Program-made: the position numbers and the translations under genes
Notes under the pieces: model-generated
What the model saw: only the letters and a program-made list of their open reading frames with translations
What the model was told of the DNA's origin: nothing
Databases searched by the model: none
Part shown: one piece after another, positions 1 to 10,200 of the stretch
How positions within the stretch are numbered: position 1 is the stretch's first letter
Layout of the letters: every line of letters begins with the position of its first letter
NCBI GenBank assembly: GCA_018648325.1
Contig: JABGRK010000009.1
Span: forward strand, 141,969 to 205,968
From: Chloroflexota bacterium
GTDB lineage: Bacteria > Chloroflexota > Dehalococcoidia > JABGRK01
DNA: 64,000 bases
Direction: 5' to 3'

Positions 1-732
1 TCAGCAATAGAGATGGAACTGACTTTTTCCGATTTGGGCCTTATCGAAAAACGGTTGAAGCGTATAAAAGAAGGGCTTAAAGGATCCAAACCGGCAGAGC
101 GCGATATGGCGCTAAAAGAAACTGCCATACTTGAGGATATAAAAGCAAAATTAGAAGAGAGCATCCCTGTCCGTCAGCAGAACTTGAGCGAAGAGATTAT
201 AAAGGCGACAAGCCATTACCAGTTTATGACATCCAAGCCACTGCTGGTACTGGTCAACATCGGAGAAGCCCAGATAGACAGTGCTAAGGAAATAGAAGAA
301 GATCTGCGCGAAAATAACGATCAGTCCGGAACGGAAATTGTAACCCTGTGCGCTAAACTGGAGATGGAGCTGTCCGAGATGAAGGACGATGAGGCACAGG
401 AGATGCGTGAGGCTATGGGACTTGCCGAGTCGGCAGTGGGCAGCGTAATAAATGCCTCCTATAAGCTGCTGGGGTACATCTCGTTTTTCACCTACGGAAC
501 AGACGAAGTAAGAGCCTGGACCATAAGCGAGGGAACAAACGCACAAAGGGCTGCCGGTAAAATCCACACAGATTTGGAGAAGGGATTTATCAGGTCAGAG
601 GTTATAAAGTGCGATAAGCTACTGGAGCATAAAAGCGTTGCCGAGGCACGCAAGCATGCAGCAGTGCAGTTAGAAGGTAAAAACTACATAGTCCGTGATG
701 GGGACTGCGTAACCGTGCTGTTTAACGTATAG
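1..732 (+). CDS. ychF: ribosome-binding ATPase YchF/Ola1, C-terminal ~243 aa (5' partial, runs off window start)
   Basis: ORF in frame from nt 1; conserved YchF C-terminal/TGS-like sequence (…GKIHTDLEKGFIRSEVIKCDKLLE…). Confidence 0.8.
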   Translation, partial: SAIEMELTFSDLGLIEKRLKRIKEGLKGSKPAERDMALKETAILEDIKAKLEESIPVRQQNLSEEIIKATSHYQFMTSKPLLVLVNIGEAQIDSAKEIEEDLRENNDQSGTEIVTLCAKLEMELSEMKDDEAQEMREAMGLAESAVGSVINASYKLLGYISFFTYGTDEVRAWTISEGTNAQRAAGKIHTDLEKGFIRSEVIKCDKLLEHKSVAEARKHAAVQLEGKNYIVRDGDCVTVLFNV

Positions 733-734
733 GT

Positions 735-1610
735 TTAACCAATTTCCTCTATGCGATACTCTATCTTGCCCATGGGAGCTTTCACCTGGACTACTTTCCC
801 CTTGGTGCGCCCCACAATTGCCTTGCCTATGGGAGACTCCACAGAAAGCTTGCTTTTTGCCAGATTTGCTTCACTGGGACCTACCAGCGTATAGCACAAT
901 TGCTCACTATGCGTTATATCAAATAAAGTAACTACTGCGCCAAGCTTGATCTTATTGTCACTCTTGCCTTCATCCGCAACAACACCAAGTTTGATAATAG
1001 CTTCTAGCTCCCTTATGCGAGCCTCAACCTGTCCCTGATGATCCTTGGCTGCATCCAGCGGAGCGTTTTCTTTAAAGTCTTTGTCGGCTGCGGCAAGATT
1101 TATGGACTTTGCAATGGCCGGCCGTTCAGCAATAAGCTTTTCCAGCTCGACCTTATGCTCTTCGAGCCCCTGACGAGTAAGGGTGATAGTCTTTTCTTTC
1201 TTACTGCTGGTTTTTAAGGGGCGCTTCTTATTGCTCCGTTTCACTCGCAGATGAACACCAAGGTTGGCTTCGGTTACCTTGATCTTTTTGAGGTAAGCAA
1301 AAAAAGCTTTTACCGGCTGTAGCTTTTGCAATGGATCATTCTGATCGCTGACATGTTCTCCGTAGTTATCAAGCTCCCGTATTTTGATACTGAGAAGCTC
1401 TCTTTTTGCGCCACACCAGCGCACAAACCTGTTTAGATCCTGCTGTCTGGCTTGCTTCTCATCAACCTTAAGTGTTGCTAAGTACTGGGCAATTGCTTCG
1501 CCAATGGTTATGATCTCATCATTCAATGTATCACCCCTATCCTTTAAATTGTAAGCTGCAACGATAATGATGTCAATCAAATCACCTTGCCGAACTAACC
1601 ACTTGCGCAA
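735..1610 (-). CDS. GreA/GreB-family transcription elongation factor with ~170-aa N-terminal extension
   Basis: C-terminal ~110 aa match GreA FKBP-like domain (…KLSVESPIGKAIVGRTKGKVVQVKAPMGKIEYRIEEIG); N-terminal part is lysine-rich and unrecognised. Confidence 0.6.
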   Translation of the reverse strand: MRKWLVRQGDLIDIIIVAAYNLKDRGDTLNDEIITIGEAIAQYLATLKVDEKQARQQDLNRFVRWCGAKRELLSIKIRELDNYGEHVSDQNDPLQKLQPVKAFFAYLKKIKVTEANLGVHLRVKRSNKKRPLKTSSKKEKTITLTRQGLEEHKVELEKLIAERPAIAKSINLAAADKDFKENAPLDAAKDHQGQVEARIRELEAIIKLGVVADEGKSDNKIKLGAVVTLFDITHSEQLCYTLVGPSEANLAKSKLSVESPIGKAIVGRTKGKVVQVKAPMGKIEYRIEEIG

Positions 1611-1939
1611 ATATGCCTACAAGTCAGTACTTTTAACAGGTGCCACAACCACTTGACAAACTATGGAGTCAAGCATAATATGAGCCACAAGACCACGTGG
1701 GACTTAAATAACGCTGTATAGGGGGTGCAAGGTATGAGGCTCCATGCAGTAAAGGGAGTTTGGCAAACTGACAAGTGAGGCCCTGCTTAAATCAGGTAAT
1801 GGCAGGGCGCTTGAAAGACAAAAGACCGGGCCGATTTTAAAAGGCCACTCTCGCTGTAAAAAGCAGAGACCTGATGCGGTGCATTACATCGCAATGCGCT
1901 TGGTCTTGAGTACGCAAATAAAAAACAATTAAAATATGC

Positions 1940-1992
1940 AAAATAAATGGAGGGTTGCTCAAGAAATGGTAGAGCGCCCTCCATTTTTAAAT
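1940..1992 (-). terminator. intrinsic terminator-like hairpin downstream of the minus-strand operon ending at 2010
   Basis: 10-bp inverted repeat AAATGGAGGG…CCCTCCATTT followed by T-run on minus strand; inner GCTC…GAGC stem. Confidence 0.45.
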
Positions 1993-2009
1993 TCTTATGC
2001 AGCCCTTAA

Positions 2010-2993
2010 CTAACTATCTTTATTGTTTTTTGCTTCAATAGGCAAAGTAAAACTAAAAATACTGCCCTCACCCTCAACACTCTCAACCCATATGCGCCCG
2101 CCATGAGCCTCAACTATTTGCTTTACTATGTAAAGCCCCAGCCCCGTACCCTGCGCCTTGCGCGTAAGCGATCCATCAACTTGATGAAAACGATCAAATA
2201 TACGGCCGATAGCCGATTGAGGAATACCAATGCCATTATCCTCCACATGAACTACTACCTCTGTATCACTTTTATCGGTCTTGACCCTGATAATTCCTTC
2301 ATCATGACTAAACTTAATTGCATTGCTAAGAAGATTAACCATAACCTGTTTTATACGTATCTTGTCGGCGGGCACCTGCAATTGTGACGTCATCTGCTCG
2401 TTATTAATAGTTATTCTTTTCTGCAACGCAAGATTGCTTAGTTCATGCACAGCATCGGAAACTAGCTCGTCAATGAGTTCAGTGCTCTTATCAATTTGAA
2501 ATCCGCCCGCCTCAAGACGCTGAATATCGATTAAATCGTTGATAAGCATAACAAGGTGCTCGCTCTGCTTGTCAATGATGCCCAAAAACTCCATCTGCCT
2601 TTCAGCCATTGCCTCAAGCAGCGCCGACTGGGACTTCGGCGGCGTACGGTTTATCTCATCAGCAAGCAATATGTTAGTGAAAATAGGCCCTTTCATAAGC
2701 TCAAACTTGTTTTCTTTCTGCTTCCAAATCCGTGTACCGATGATATCGGCGGGAAGAATGTCAGGAGTAAACTGAATTCTAGTGTGGTGACAGCCAATGG
2801 TTTTAGCAAGAGCCTTAACCAGCAGTGTTTTGCCAACGCCAGGGTAGTCCTCCAGCAGTACATGTCCATTAGCGATACCAGCAGCCAGCAGTTTTTTCAG
2901 AAGCTGCATGTTGCCGACAAAAACACTGCTTACTTCATCCATTATGTTCTGGCATAAAGTAGCAGCCCCATCTATATGATCATTTTTCTTCAT
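2010..2993 (-). CDS. chimeric protein: truncated MoxR-like AAA+ ATPase N-terminus (Walker A/B only) fused to HisKA-helix + HATPase_c histidine kinase catalytic domain
   Basis: N-term …GHVLLEDYPGVGKTLLVKALAKTIGCHHTRIQFTPDILPADIIGT…ILLADEINRTPPKSQSALLEAM typical of MoxR; C-term …LINDLIDIQRLEAGG… then N/G1/G2 boxes (…LLSNAIKFS…VEDNGIGIP…GTGLGLYIVK…). Confidence 0.7.
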   Translation of the reverse strand: MKKNDHIDGAATLCQNIMDEVSSVFVGNMQLLKKLLAAGIANGHVLLEDYPGVGKTLLVKALAKTIGCHHTRIQFTPDILPADIIGTRIWKQKENKFELMKGPIFTNILLADEINRTPPKSQSALLEAMAERQMEFLGIIDKQSEHLVMLINDLIDIQRLEAGGFQIDKSTELIDELVSDAVHELSNLALQKRITINNEQMTSQLQVPADKIRIKQVMVNLLSNAIKFSHDEGIIRVKTDKSDTEVVVHVEDNGIGIPQSAIGRIFDRFHQVDGSLTRKAQGTGLGLYIVKQIVEAHGGRIWVESVEGEGSIFSFTLPIEAKNNKDS

Positions 2994-3025
2994 TATTTAA
3001 CATTACCCCCTTAACAAGCACTCAG

Positions 3026-4339
3026 CTAGCCCATTTGAATATGGCGCTCAGAAAGTGCATTCATTATATTTTTGAGTATCTGATCGCGATTTTGACGGTT
3101 GCGATCTCTTATAAGATTACGCGCTCTGGTGAAAGAAAACATTGGTATGTTGTCATCACGATACTCGGACATAGGATGAAGCAACTCGCTGATCTCTTCT
3201 ACCGACAGTCCGTTGTCGTGCATAAGTGTGACCAGATATACCAACAATTGATCCTTGTGAGAACGCTCTATAAAATCCGCCTGCACGTTCAGAGCGTAGT
3301 TGAAATCAGAGTCGGTCTGTTTTTCTACCTGTTGCAAGTGTTTTTTCCAGGATGTGTATTTCAAATGAATAGAATATGTATCGCTGATTCTGCCACGTAT
3401 TCCATCATACATGCGCCACACAACAAAGCAAAACGTAGCCCACTCAATAAGCGCTGTGGACCAGGAAGCCATGTTAAACAAGAACGGCCTTAGGAATACA
3501 ATGTAAGCACCTATAACCGCACCAATAACAAACAGCCTCACCTTGGAATTGGATAACCAGCGGCAGATCTCCGATATAAAGGCATCTTCGAAATTTCTGC
3601 CATAGTGAGCAAGTATGCCCAGTACAGAAGTCAGCATCCCTGCAAGTATTACCCAGGCCACACCGGTTATTTCAATCCAAATGTTGGAAAAGGAGTAAAG
3701 CACAACAAATATCCCAAACCCCACCAGCGCTGTGACCACCGCCAACGTAAGCGCCCTCCACCTGTATATCCCGGCACCAACTTCGTGGATCAAGGGAACG
3801 GACTTATAAATGGTAACTGCTGCTATGCCCAATACTATATAAACACGGTTTGCAACAATGCTACGCAGAAACTCCAGCATGTCAGCTATACTTGCTGCCC
3901 CGCCGCTGCCTAAGTAATAGCTCACCATGACTTCCATCTGCGCAGATCTGCCAAGCATTATATAAACAAAAACACCGACCGCAGTACCGGTAAACAGGCG
4001 ATAGCAGTAAGCATCCAAAGGTTTGGGAACAAAGATATGCGAAAGCCGGGCAACAATAACTACCTGCAACGAAGCTACCAGCGGCAGGGTCATATATCTC
4101 AATTCAGGAAAGTAATTCTGTCGCCAGAAGATTGCATAGACCACAACCGACAGGATGGTATAAACCATAATCCTGATAAGGTCAGCGCCAGTACTTTCGC
4201 GCTGCGACCAGCCCGTGGGCTTGCCTCCTGCCTGAGCCTCTAATGAATCAACAGCATCATTGCCACGCAAAGACTGCATATACGTATAAAGAGCAAGGGG
4301 AATGCCAATCCCAAACAGCAGCCATATTATAAGTGCCAC
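3026..4339 (-). CDS. polytopic membrane protein (~8-10 TM) with ~130-aa hydrophilic C-terminal domain; GTG start directly after stop of upstream gene
   Basis: 437-aa ORF, multiple hydrophobic segments; translationally coupled to giant surface-protein gene. Confidence 0.55.
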   Translation of the reverse strand: MALIIWLLFGIGIPLALYTYMQSLRGNDAVDSLEAQAGGKPTGWSQRESTGADLIRIMVYTILSVVVYAIFWRQNYFPELRYMTLPLVASLQVVIVARLSHIFVPKPLDAYCYRLFTGTAVGVFVYIMLGRSAQMEVMVSYYLGSGGAASIADMLEFLRSIVANRVYIVLGIAAVTIYKSVPLIHEVGAGIYRWRALTLAVVTALVGFGIFVVLYSFSNIWIEITGVAWVILAGMLTSVLGILAHYGRNFEDAFISEICRWLSNSKVRLFVIGAVIGAYIVFLRPFLFNMASWSTALIEWATFCFVVWRMYDGIRGRISDTYSIHLKYTSWKKHLQQVEKQTDSDFNYALNVQADFIERSHKDQLLVYLVTLMHDNGLSVEEISELLHPMSEYRDDNIPMFSFTRARNLIRDRNRQNRDQILKNIMNALSERHIQMG

Positions 4340-7228
4340 TTAAGCTCCCTCTATATGTTCTAAAACAGGCCTGTAGACGTTTAGCATATCTATAAAGCTC
4401 TCTCTTGTAAAGTCATGAGAGCTATAGAGGGCCTCTTCGCAGAATGTAATAAACCTATCCAGCTTCCTCTGGTCGATATCTTTGAGTGATGCGACAATTA
4501 CACTCTCGATTTCTCTAGGTGTAGACTTCCTGCTTATATAAATGTCCCTATGCCTTGAGGCATTGACTGCCGAATCAAAGAGGCTGACAGCCTCCTCGCG
4601 ATAGTCAACTATTTTTATTGCCCTGCTATCATTTGACGGAGCATATTTCCCATCCCCATTAAAGAAGCACGTAACGTTATAGATGCCCTGCACTTTAAAG
4701 CGGCACATATATACGTCGGTACCATGTCCGTCCGTAATAATTTCACTTATTCTGTTGTCATTTGCCAACACCTCAATAGAGCGTGTGGCGACAGGCTCAC
4801 TCGCGATATCAGTGAGTTTACATACGATTTTGAGTTTTTCGTTTGTCCCCCATATTCCCTCAAGCGGTGCTGCGACATAAGGAAACTGCACTTCCATACG
4901 AGTGACTATAAGATTTGGGTTGTACTGCCTGGCAGGTTTCTCTGGCATTTCCGGTATTTCGGAAACCAATACCTCTTGAAGCGCAACAGTGTTCTGGGTC
5001 GCTGCCATAACATATGCGGCCCTGCGCCTTGAGCGAATAAAGAGATAGGCAACATATGCGGCCACAAGCGCCCCAAGTGCGACTAGAATCCACAGCACCC
5101 ATCCCATATAATCCTGGGCAGTCGCAGGGGCGCTAAGGTCTGCGCCATAATTCCGCTGGCCAATCTGCATATTAAAAACGGTTTGAGCAGGTGTATACAA
5201 CTCCGAACCATCAAATACAGCAGTAATGGTATAGTCACCGGAATTTGAGAAAAGATGCTCACTCATCTTAAAATTACCACCCAAATTGGTTAGAACCGGT
5301 TCATATTCAATTTCACTGCCATCAAAATCAATGATGACCCTAACCGGTACCTGTCTAACAGGGGATTGATCACCAGTGAGTATGTTACCCCGTATCTTTA
5401 TATCATCAAACTCGGTGGCGGTTTCAGGCATCTGGTCATCGAATGCAATCACGGATTGGGCCATAACGATAAAAGTGATGTTTTCATTGGATCCCCAAAA
5501 ATAGCCGGTTTGCTGAAAGTCTGACTGAAATTCCCAATATCCTTCTTCATCAAATTCATGGTTAATAAGAATTATGCCATCTGCATCGGTGTTCTGAAGT
5601 GGATAACCATGATGAGCTATACCCATTGATGTACTATAATCAATGCTCTGTCCGGCAACAGGATTGCCCTCTACATCACGCAACTCCACCTCAATAGACA
5701 CTTCATCCCCTGTCATGTGCGGTGCCGGCGAAGTTACAACTACACTTATGCGGGTAGGCATCATAACAACCATATCGGTACTGACACTGGTCGGCAGATA
5801 ATCAGACGTGCCAAGAAAAAAGGCCGTTGCGGTGTAATTTCCAACTCCCGAAAAGCCGTCCACCCAAGTGTAACTATAGCGGCCTTTCACATCTGTGATA
5901 GTTTGTACACGCATATCAGGATCGCTCACTGGAAAGACCATCTGTAGTTCAGTATGTGGGATGGGATCGCCATTAATGTCTTCGAGTACACCACCAAGAG
6001 TTACGGCGCGCTCAAACATGAAACTTCCAGAATAATCGGTTGTCAAAGAGCCAAGCGGGATGGATGCTACTGCATCTTCAAACCACAAATCTACGCTAAC
6101 ATTAGATTCAAAAGAATAGCCATATAAAGGATTATATGACCTGACAGTACCCTGAAGGCCAATTGAATAGGGCAGAGAATATGCCCCATCGGAGTCGGTT
6201 AACATCAGCACCTGCGGGAAAAAGGCACGCTGGTCCAGCAACAAATCAACTGTAAGCCCGTCAAACGGATCACCGCCATAAGTGGTAATTGTTCCTCTAA
6301 GATCAAATGTTGTAGATAATATAAACTGACCCAGCCCATTGGTTGTCAACTGGGCAAATACTACCATCCCCTCACCATCGTCTATCATAAGGTCAATGGT
6401 CTGCCCTGTTATTGGCTGACCCAGGGCATCGGTAAGAACGCCGGCAATATTAATAACATCATCTAGCACAAAGCCACCGCTTGCATCTGTAACTACCTGT
6501 GCAGAAATTGACTTGCTGCACAGATGAATATACACCGATTGGTTTATTAGAGGATCACCAAACTCATCCAACAAAAAGCCCTCATATGTAACAGGGTTGA
6601 GTGCATCAATTACACTTTCAGAATCAAGAGTAAGAGCAGAATCGATACGCGTCTCAATAACAGCCACAGCGTTAGAGCCTGCCAAATAAAGAGCGCTCCG
6701 TTGTTCAAATTCTGTTTTGACCCCGAATATATTAAAATCTTCAAACGTATATGTAAAGCTGTAGCTTCCATTCAAATTTGTGGTAAATGTGCCAATATAG
6801 TCGCCATTGATACTCAGATATATCGTCTGGTCGGCTATCGGGTCGCCCGACACCGTTTCCGTAAGAAAGCCTTCAATAACAACTTCCTCATTTATTAGGG
6901 CATACTGCGGCATATTTATAGTGAGTGTGGTTGGAGTAAGCACCATTACTTGATAAGAGTTATCGGCAGCGGGCGGATATAAGTTGGCACCGGCAAACGA
7001 GGCGGTGATCTCATAATCGCCGGAAGCATTAAACGTATGCACCAGAAAAAAGCGCCCTTTATCGTCAGTTACAACCTGTACATCGGGACTGCCGTCGTCA
7101 ACATGAATATTAACGGTGTAACCCACCAGGTCATTACCGAACTCGTCATGCATCGCCCCCCCCAATATCACAGGGTCCGTACGCAAGCGGCTGATTGCTA
7201 ACAAAAAGAACAATGGTGGGAGGACCAT
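4340..7228 (-). CDS. C-terminal portion (962 aa) of giant repeat surface protein: Ig-like repeats, one TM helix, ~250-aa C-terminal tail
   Basis: repeat units homologous to those of 7146..10508 (…EFGNDL…DGSPD…); frame differs from upstream ORF by a G8 tract. Confidence 0.65.
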   Translation of the reverse strand: MVLPPLFFLLAISRLRTDPVILGGAMHDEFGNDLVGYTVNIHVDDGSPDVQVVTDDKGRFFLVHTFNASGDYEITASFAGANLYPPAADNSYQVMVLTPTTLTINMPQYALINEEVVIEGFLTETVSGDPIADQTIYLSINGDYIGTFTTNLNGSYSFTYTFEDFNIFGVKTEFEQRSALYLAGSNAVAVIETRIDSALTLDSESVIDALNPVTYEGFLLDEFGDPLINQSVYIHLCSKSISAQVVTDASGGFVLDDVINIAGVLTDALGQPITGQTIDLMIDDGEGMVVFAQLTTNGLGQFILSTTFDLRGTITTYGGDPFDGLTVDLLLDQRAFFPQVLMLTDSDGAYSLPYSIGLQGTVRSYNPLYGYSFESNVSVDLWFEDAVASIPLGSLTTDYSGSFMFERAVTLGGVLEDINGDPIPHTELQMVFPVSDPDMRVQTITDVKGRYSYTWVDGFSGVGNYTATAFFLGTSDYLPTSVSTDMVVMMPTRISVVVTSPAPHMTGDEVSIEVELRDVEGNPVAGQSIDYSTSMGIAHHGYPLQNTDADGIILINHEFDEEGYWEFQSDFQQTGYFWGSNENITFIVMAQSVIAFDDQMPETATEFDDIKIRGNILTGDQSPVRQVPVRVIIDFDGSEIEYEPVLTNLGGNFKMSEHLFSNSGDYTITAVFDGSELYTPAQTVFNMQIGQRNYGADLSAPATAQDYMGWVLWILVALGALVAAYVAYLFIRSRRRAAYVMAATQNTVALQEVLVSEIPEMPEKPARQYNPNLIVTRMEVQFPYVAAPLEGIWGTNEKLKIVCKLTDIASEPVATRSIEVLANDNRISEIITDGHGTDVYMCRFKVQGIYNVTCFFNGDGKYAPSNDSRAIKIVDYREEAVSLFDSAVNASRHRDIYISRKSTPREIESVIVASLKDIDQRKLDRFITFCEEALYSSHDFTRESFIDMLNVYRPVLEHIEGA

Positions 7229-10200
7229 ACACCCGTATCACATCAGATGCTGAGTTAGACTTATAATAATCATTTTCGGTAAAAACGGCGTATACAGTAC
7301 GATCGCCGGAGTCAGTAAATGTGTGATCGTAAGTATAGCTGCCATCTCCTAAAATTTCCACATTGCCGCTGATAAGCGTTACTCCATCAAACAGGGATAA
7401 GCTTTGCCCTGCCAGCGGGATGCCATCTATATCATGTAGAGTACCATTGATAGTAATCTGAGTATTTACTTTTGCCTCTTCAGGAACGTTAACAGTAAGC
7501 TGGGTCGGCATTATTATTTTGATAATGTCAGAAGAACTTGTTCCGGGATAAAGCGCCGTTCCTATAAAACTAGCTGTTACAGTATAATCGCCTACATCAG
7601 CAAACGTATGCTCCCATACAAATAGTCCGCCTGCGCCCGTCACAAACGGAACATCGGGGCTACCATCTGAGAAATGAATTACAACCGGTTGGCCCTCTAG
7701 ATCGTTGCCGAACTCCTCATACATATGAATTCTGATAGTAACAGGCTGATCATATATATCTACTCTTGGGATCAGGATAATGTCTATAAACGGCGGACCA
7801 TACACACGTACATCAGCAACCGGTTCGCTGCGAGCCTCCTTATAGAAGTTAGCATTATCAACAGCGAATTTTGCAAATACATCGTAATCGCCCGAGCGTA
7901 CAAACTTATAATCAACTTCGTAGCTTCCATCAGACTGTGTAGTTGTCTGTGTAAGAACCTCATCACCGTTCATTATGTAAACCGTTGTACCCGCAAGAGG
8001 ATCACCCCAGTCATCCAGCAAAGAGCCTTCCATTGTAAGCGTTGTAGCCTGTTTGATTTCGATTGGCAGCGCGTTCATGGTTATACTGGTGGGCATCCAC
8101 ACAGTTACATCTACGCTGCTCTCAACACCGGGCATATAAGGGTCTATACCATCAAAAGCAGCACTTATTGTACGCTGCCCAACAGACAAGTATTGGATAG
8201 GGACCTCCAAAATACCCTGATTATCTGTTAGCAGATTGCCAATATTAACTGAATTTCCATTGCGAATGGAGTAAAAATGTATTATTTCCCCACTCACAGG
8301 TTCATCAAATTCGTCTATTAAGGTAGCTTTTATGAGATTCCCTCTCTCCTCATCATTGTCAATCACTCCATTATTATTTCTATCCAGAGATACATCTACG
8401 TTTTCATCTATCTCAAGTGTGAGAGTAGGCGGACCATACACGCGTATATCCTGCTCAAACCTTGAGGAATTGAACAATCCAAAAGTCGGGTCTTCATCCG
8501 GGAGGTAACCAAATATCCCGCCACCATCGTACACCACGCTGATGGTAAACTCGCCACGCTGATCAAACGTGCGATCCAACGTAAACTTCCCAGTGGGAAG
8601 CGTTACAACCTGTCCGATCAGAAGGGGTATCGTAGTGGCTCCCGTACGATTATAATAAATTCGCACTGTGCGGCCACCCATCTGCCTGCGAAGGATATCC
8701 TCAAGGGTGCCCTCAATCGTCCACGGGGCACCCAGCTTTATCTTTTCAGGCAGATTGTCAATAGAAAGAAGTGTATCTATAGTAACCTTTGTATCAGCGA
8801 TTTCGCTCACAGGCTTATGAAATTCATTGCCACTAAAAGATGCTTCAACGCTATAGTTTCCCTGAACACCAAAAACGTAGGGTAATACAAAGTCGCCACT
8901 TGGCAAAGTGGTAGTAGAAAGAGTGCTCAGTGTTGCGCCACTGTCTATATTTACTATTTCAATATCGACCGTTACCCCTGCTATAGGATTATCGGGGTAG
9001 ATTGCATCATGCAGATTGCCTGATATAATAAAAACATCGCCCACCTTGGCATCTTCAGACATTTTCGGTACAATCTCAGATTCCGTGGTAATGATTACAT
9101 CAGGATCACTATCCGATCCCAGCAGGAACGGCTGCAGACCCACCGCTTGCGCAATAATGTGCCAGTTGCCTGCCGTCATATCAATAGGCACATCGCACTC
9201 AATGTTATAGCCATCGCTTCCAACCACTCCCAATGCTACAAAAGAGGCTGGCTTGTTCGGCATCCCGTTAACAAATTCGGGCTTATCACTATCACCTCCC
9301 TGCCAGAGCCATATCCTTACAGGCATACTAGGCACGGTGATACCCTCAACGGTCGTTACATTGCCGATCACATAAAACGGCTGGTCTTTCTCTATTATAA
9401 TTCCTTCAAGAATGGGGGTTTCGGGATCATACTCAGGATTGCTCTGGATACTCCAGATATCGGTTATCGTCTCAACGGCTATATTATTTACATCTTTAAT
9501 CGGCATACTGTTGTAAACAATCCAACCAAGTTCCTCAAAACCTACCTCGGCCAGATAAATCGTCTGAACAGCGCTTACCGTCTGCTCTTCATCAGTAGGT
9601 GCAATCCAATATCCCGATGTCAGCCTTGCCGGTATGCCCGCGCAACGGGCCAATATCACATATGCCGATGCAAAGTGGTTTGAAAGACCCTGCCTCTCCT
9701 CAAACAAAAACCAGTCGGTTGCTTCCTCCCCACTAGGAAGAGCTGCCATATTTTCCCGCGAAAACTCGTAGTTTTCCAGTAAATACGTCTCTATGGCTTT
9801 CGATTTTTCGTAGGGGGACTCATAATCCGCAGTTATCTCAAGGGACAGTGCTTTAGTACGCGATGATATATTACCAGGCAGTTGCAGATACCTGGTGTCA
9901 TCAAGAACCTCTGCCTCAATGAGCACCTCATCATCAAAGTAGTAGTGTGTGGCAGTAAACTCGTAGGCCTCGGATGTACTCTGCTGCACCCAAAAGGACC
10001 CCGCCTCCGGATACAACATTATGGGATCGGGATGCGTAAGCTGTCTGGTATGAAGCGAAGTTGGAATAAACTGAGCAGGGAACTGTAAAAGCGGTGTGAT
10101 CGTAATTGTGTCTGTTGCCATATTCGAGTAGTTGCTCACATCAGCAGCGGGAAGCGTTTCGCCACGATAACTTCGCGGCTTATCATTTATGTCTTTTGCC

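Noticed and set aside
1950-1980. tRNA-like D-arm sequence GCTCAAGAAATGGTAGAGC inside the hairpin
   Set aside because: No acceptor, anticodon or T arms can be formed from flanking sequence. It fits better as the inner part of a terminator stem-loop.
1787-1984. 65-aa minus-strand ORF between greA-like and MoxR-HK genes
   Set aside because: It lies across the terminator hairpin and promoter region. It has no RBS and a low-complexity product.
2010-2993. MoxR-histidine kinase chimera as a genuine new signalling protein
   Set aside because: Not fully rejected, but the phospho-acceptor helix looks degenerate (QSEHL rather than SHELRTPL) and the AAA lid is missing. A deletion fusing two neighbouring genes or a misassembly is at least as likely. 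Reported with that caveat.
7725-9683. Plus-strand ORFs (168 aa, 178 aa, 64 aa) inside the giant minus-strand gene
   Set aside because: These are antisense shadow ORFs within a long, repeat-rich, codon-biased coding region. They have no RBS and no homology.
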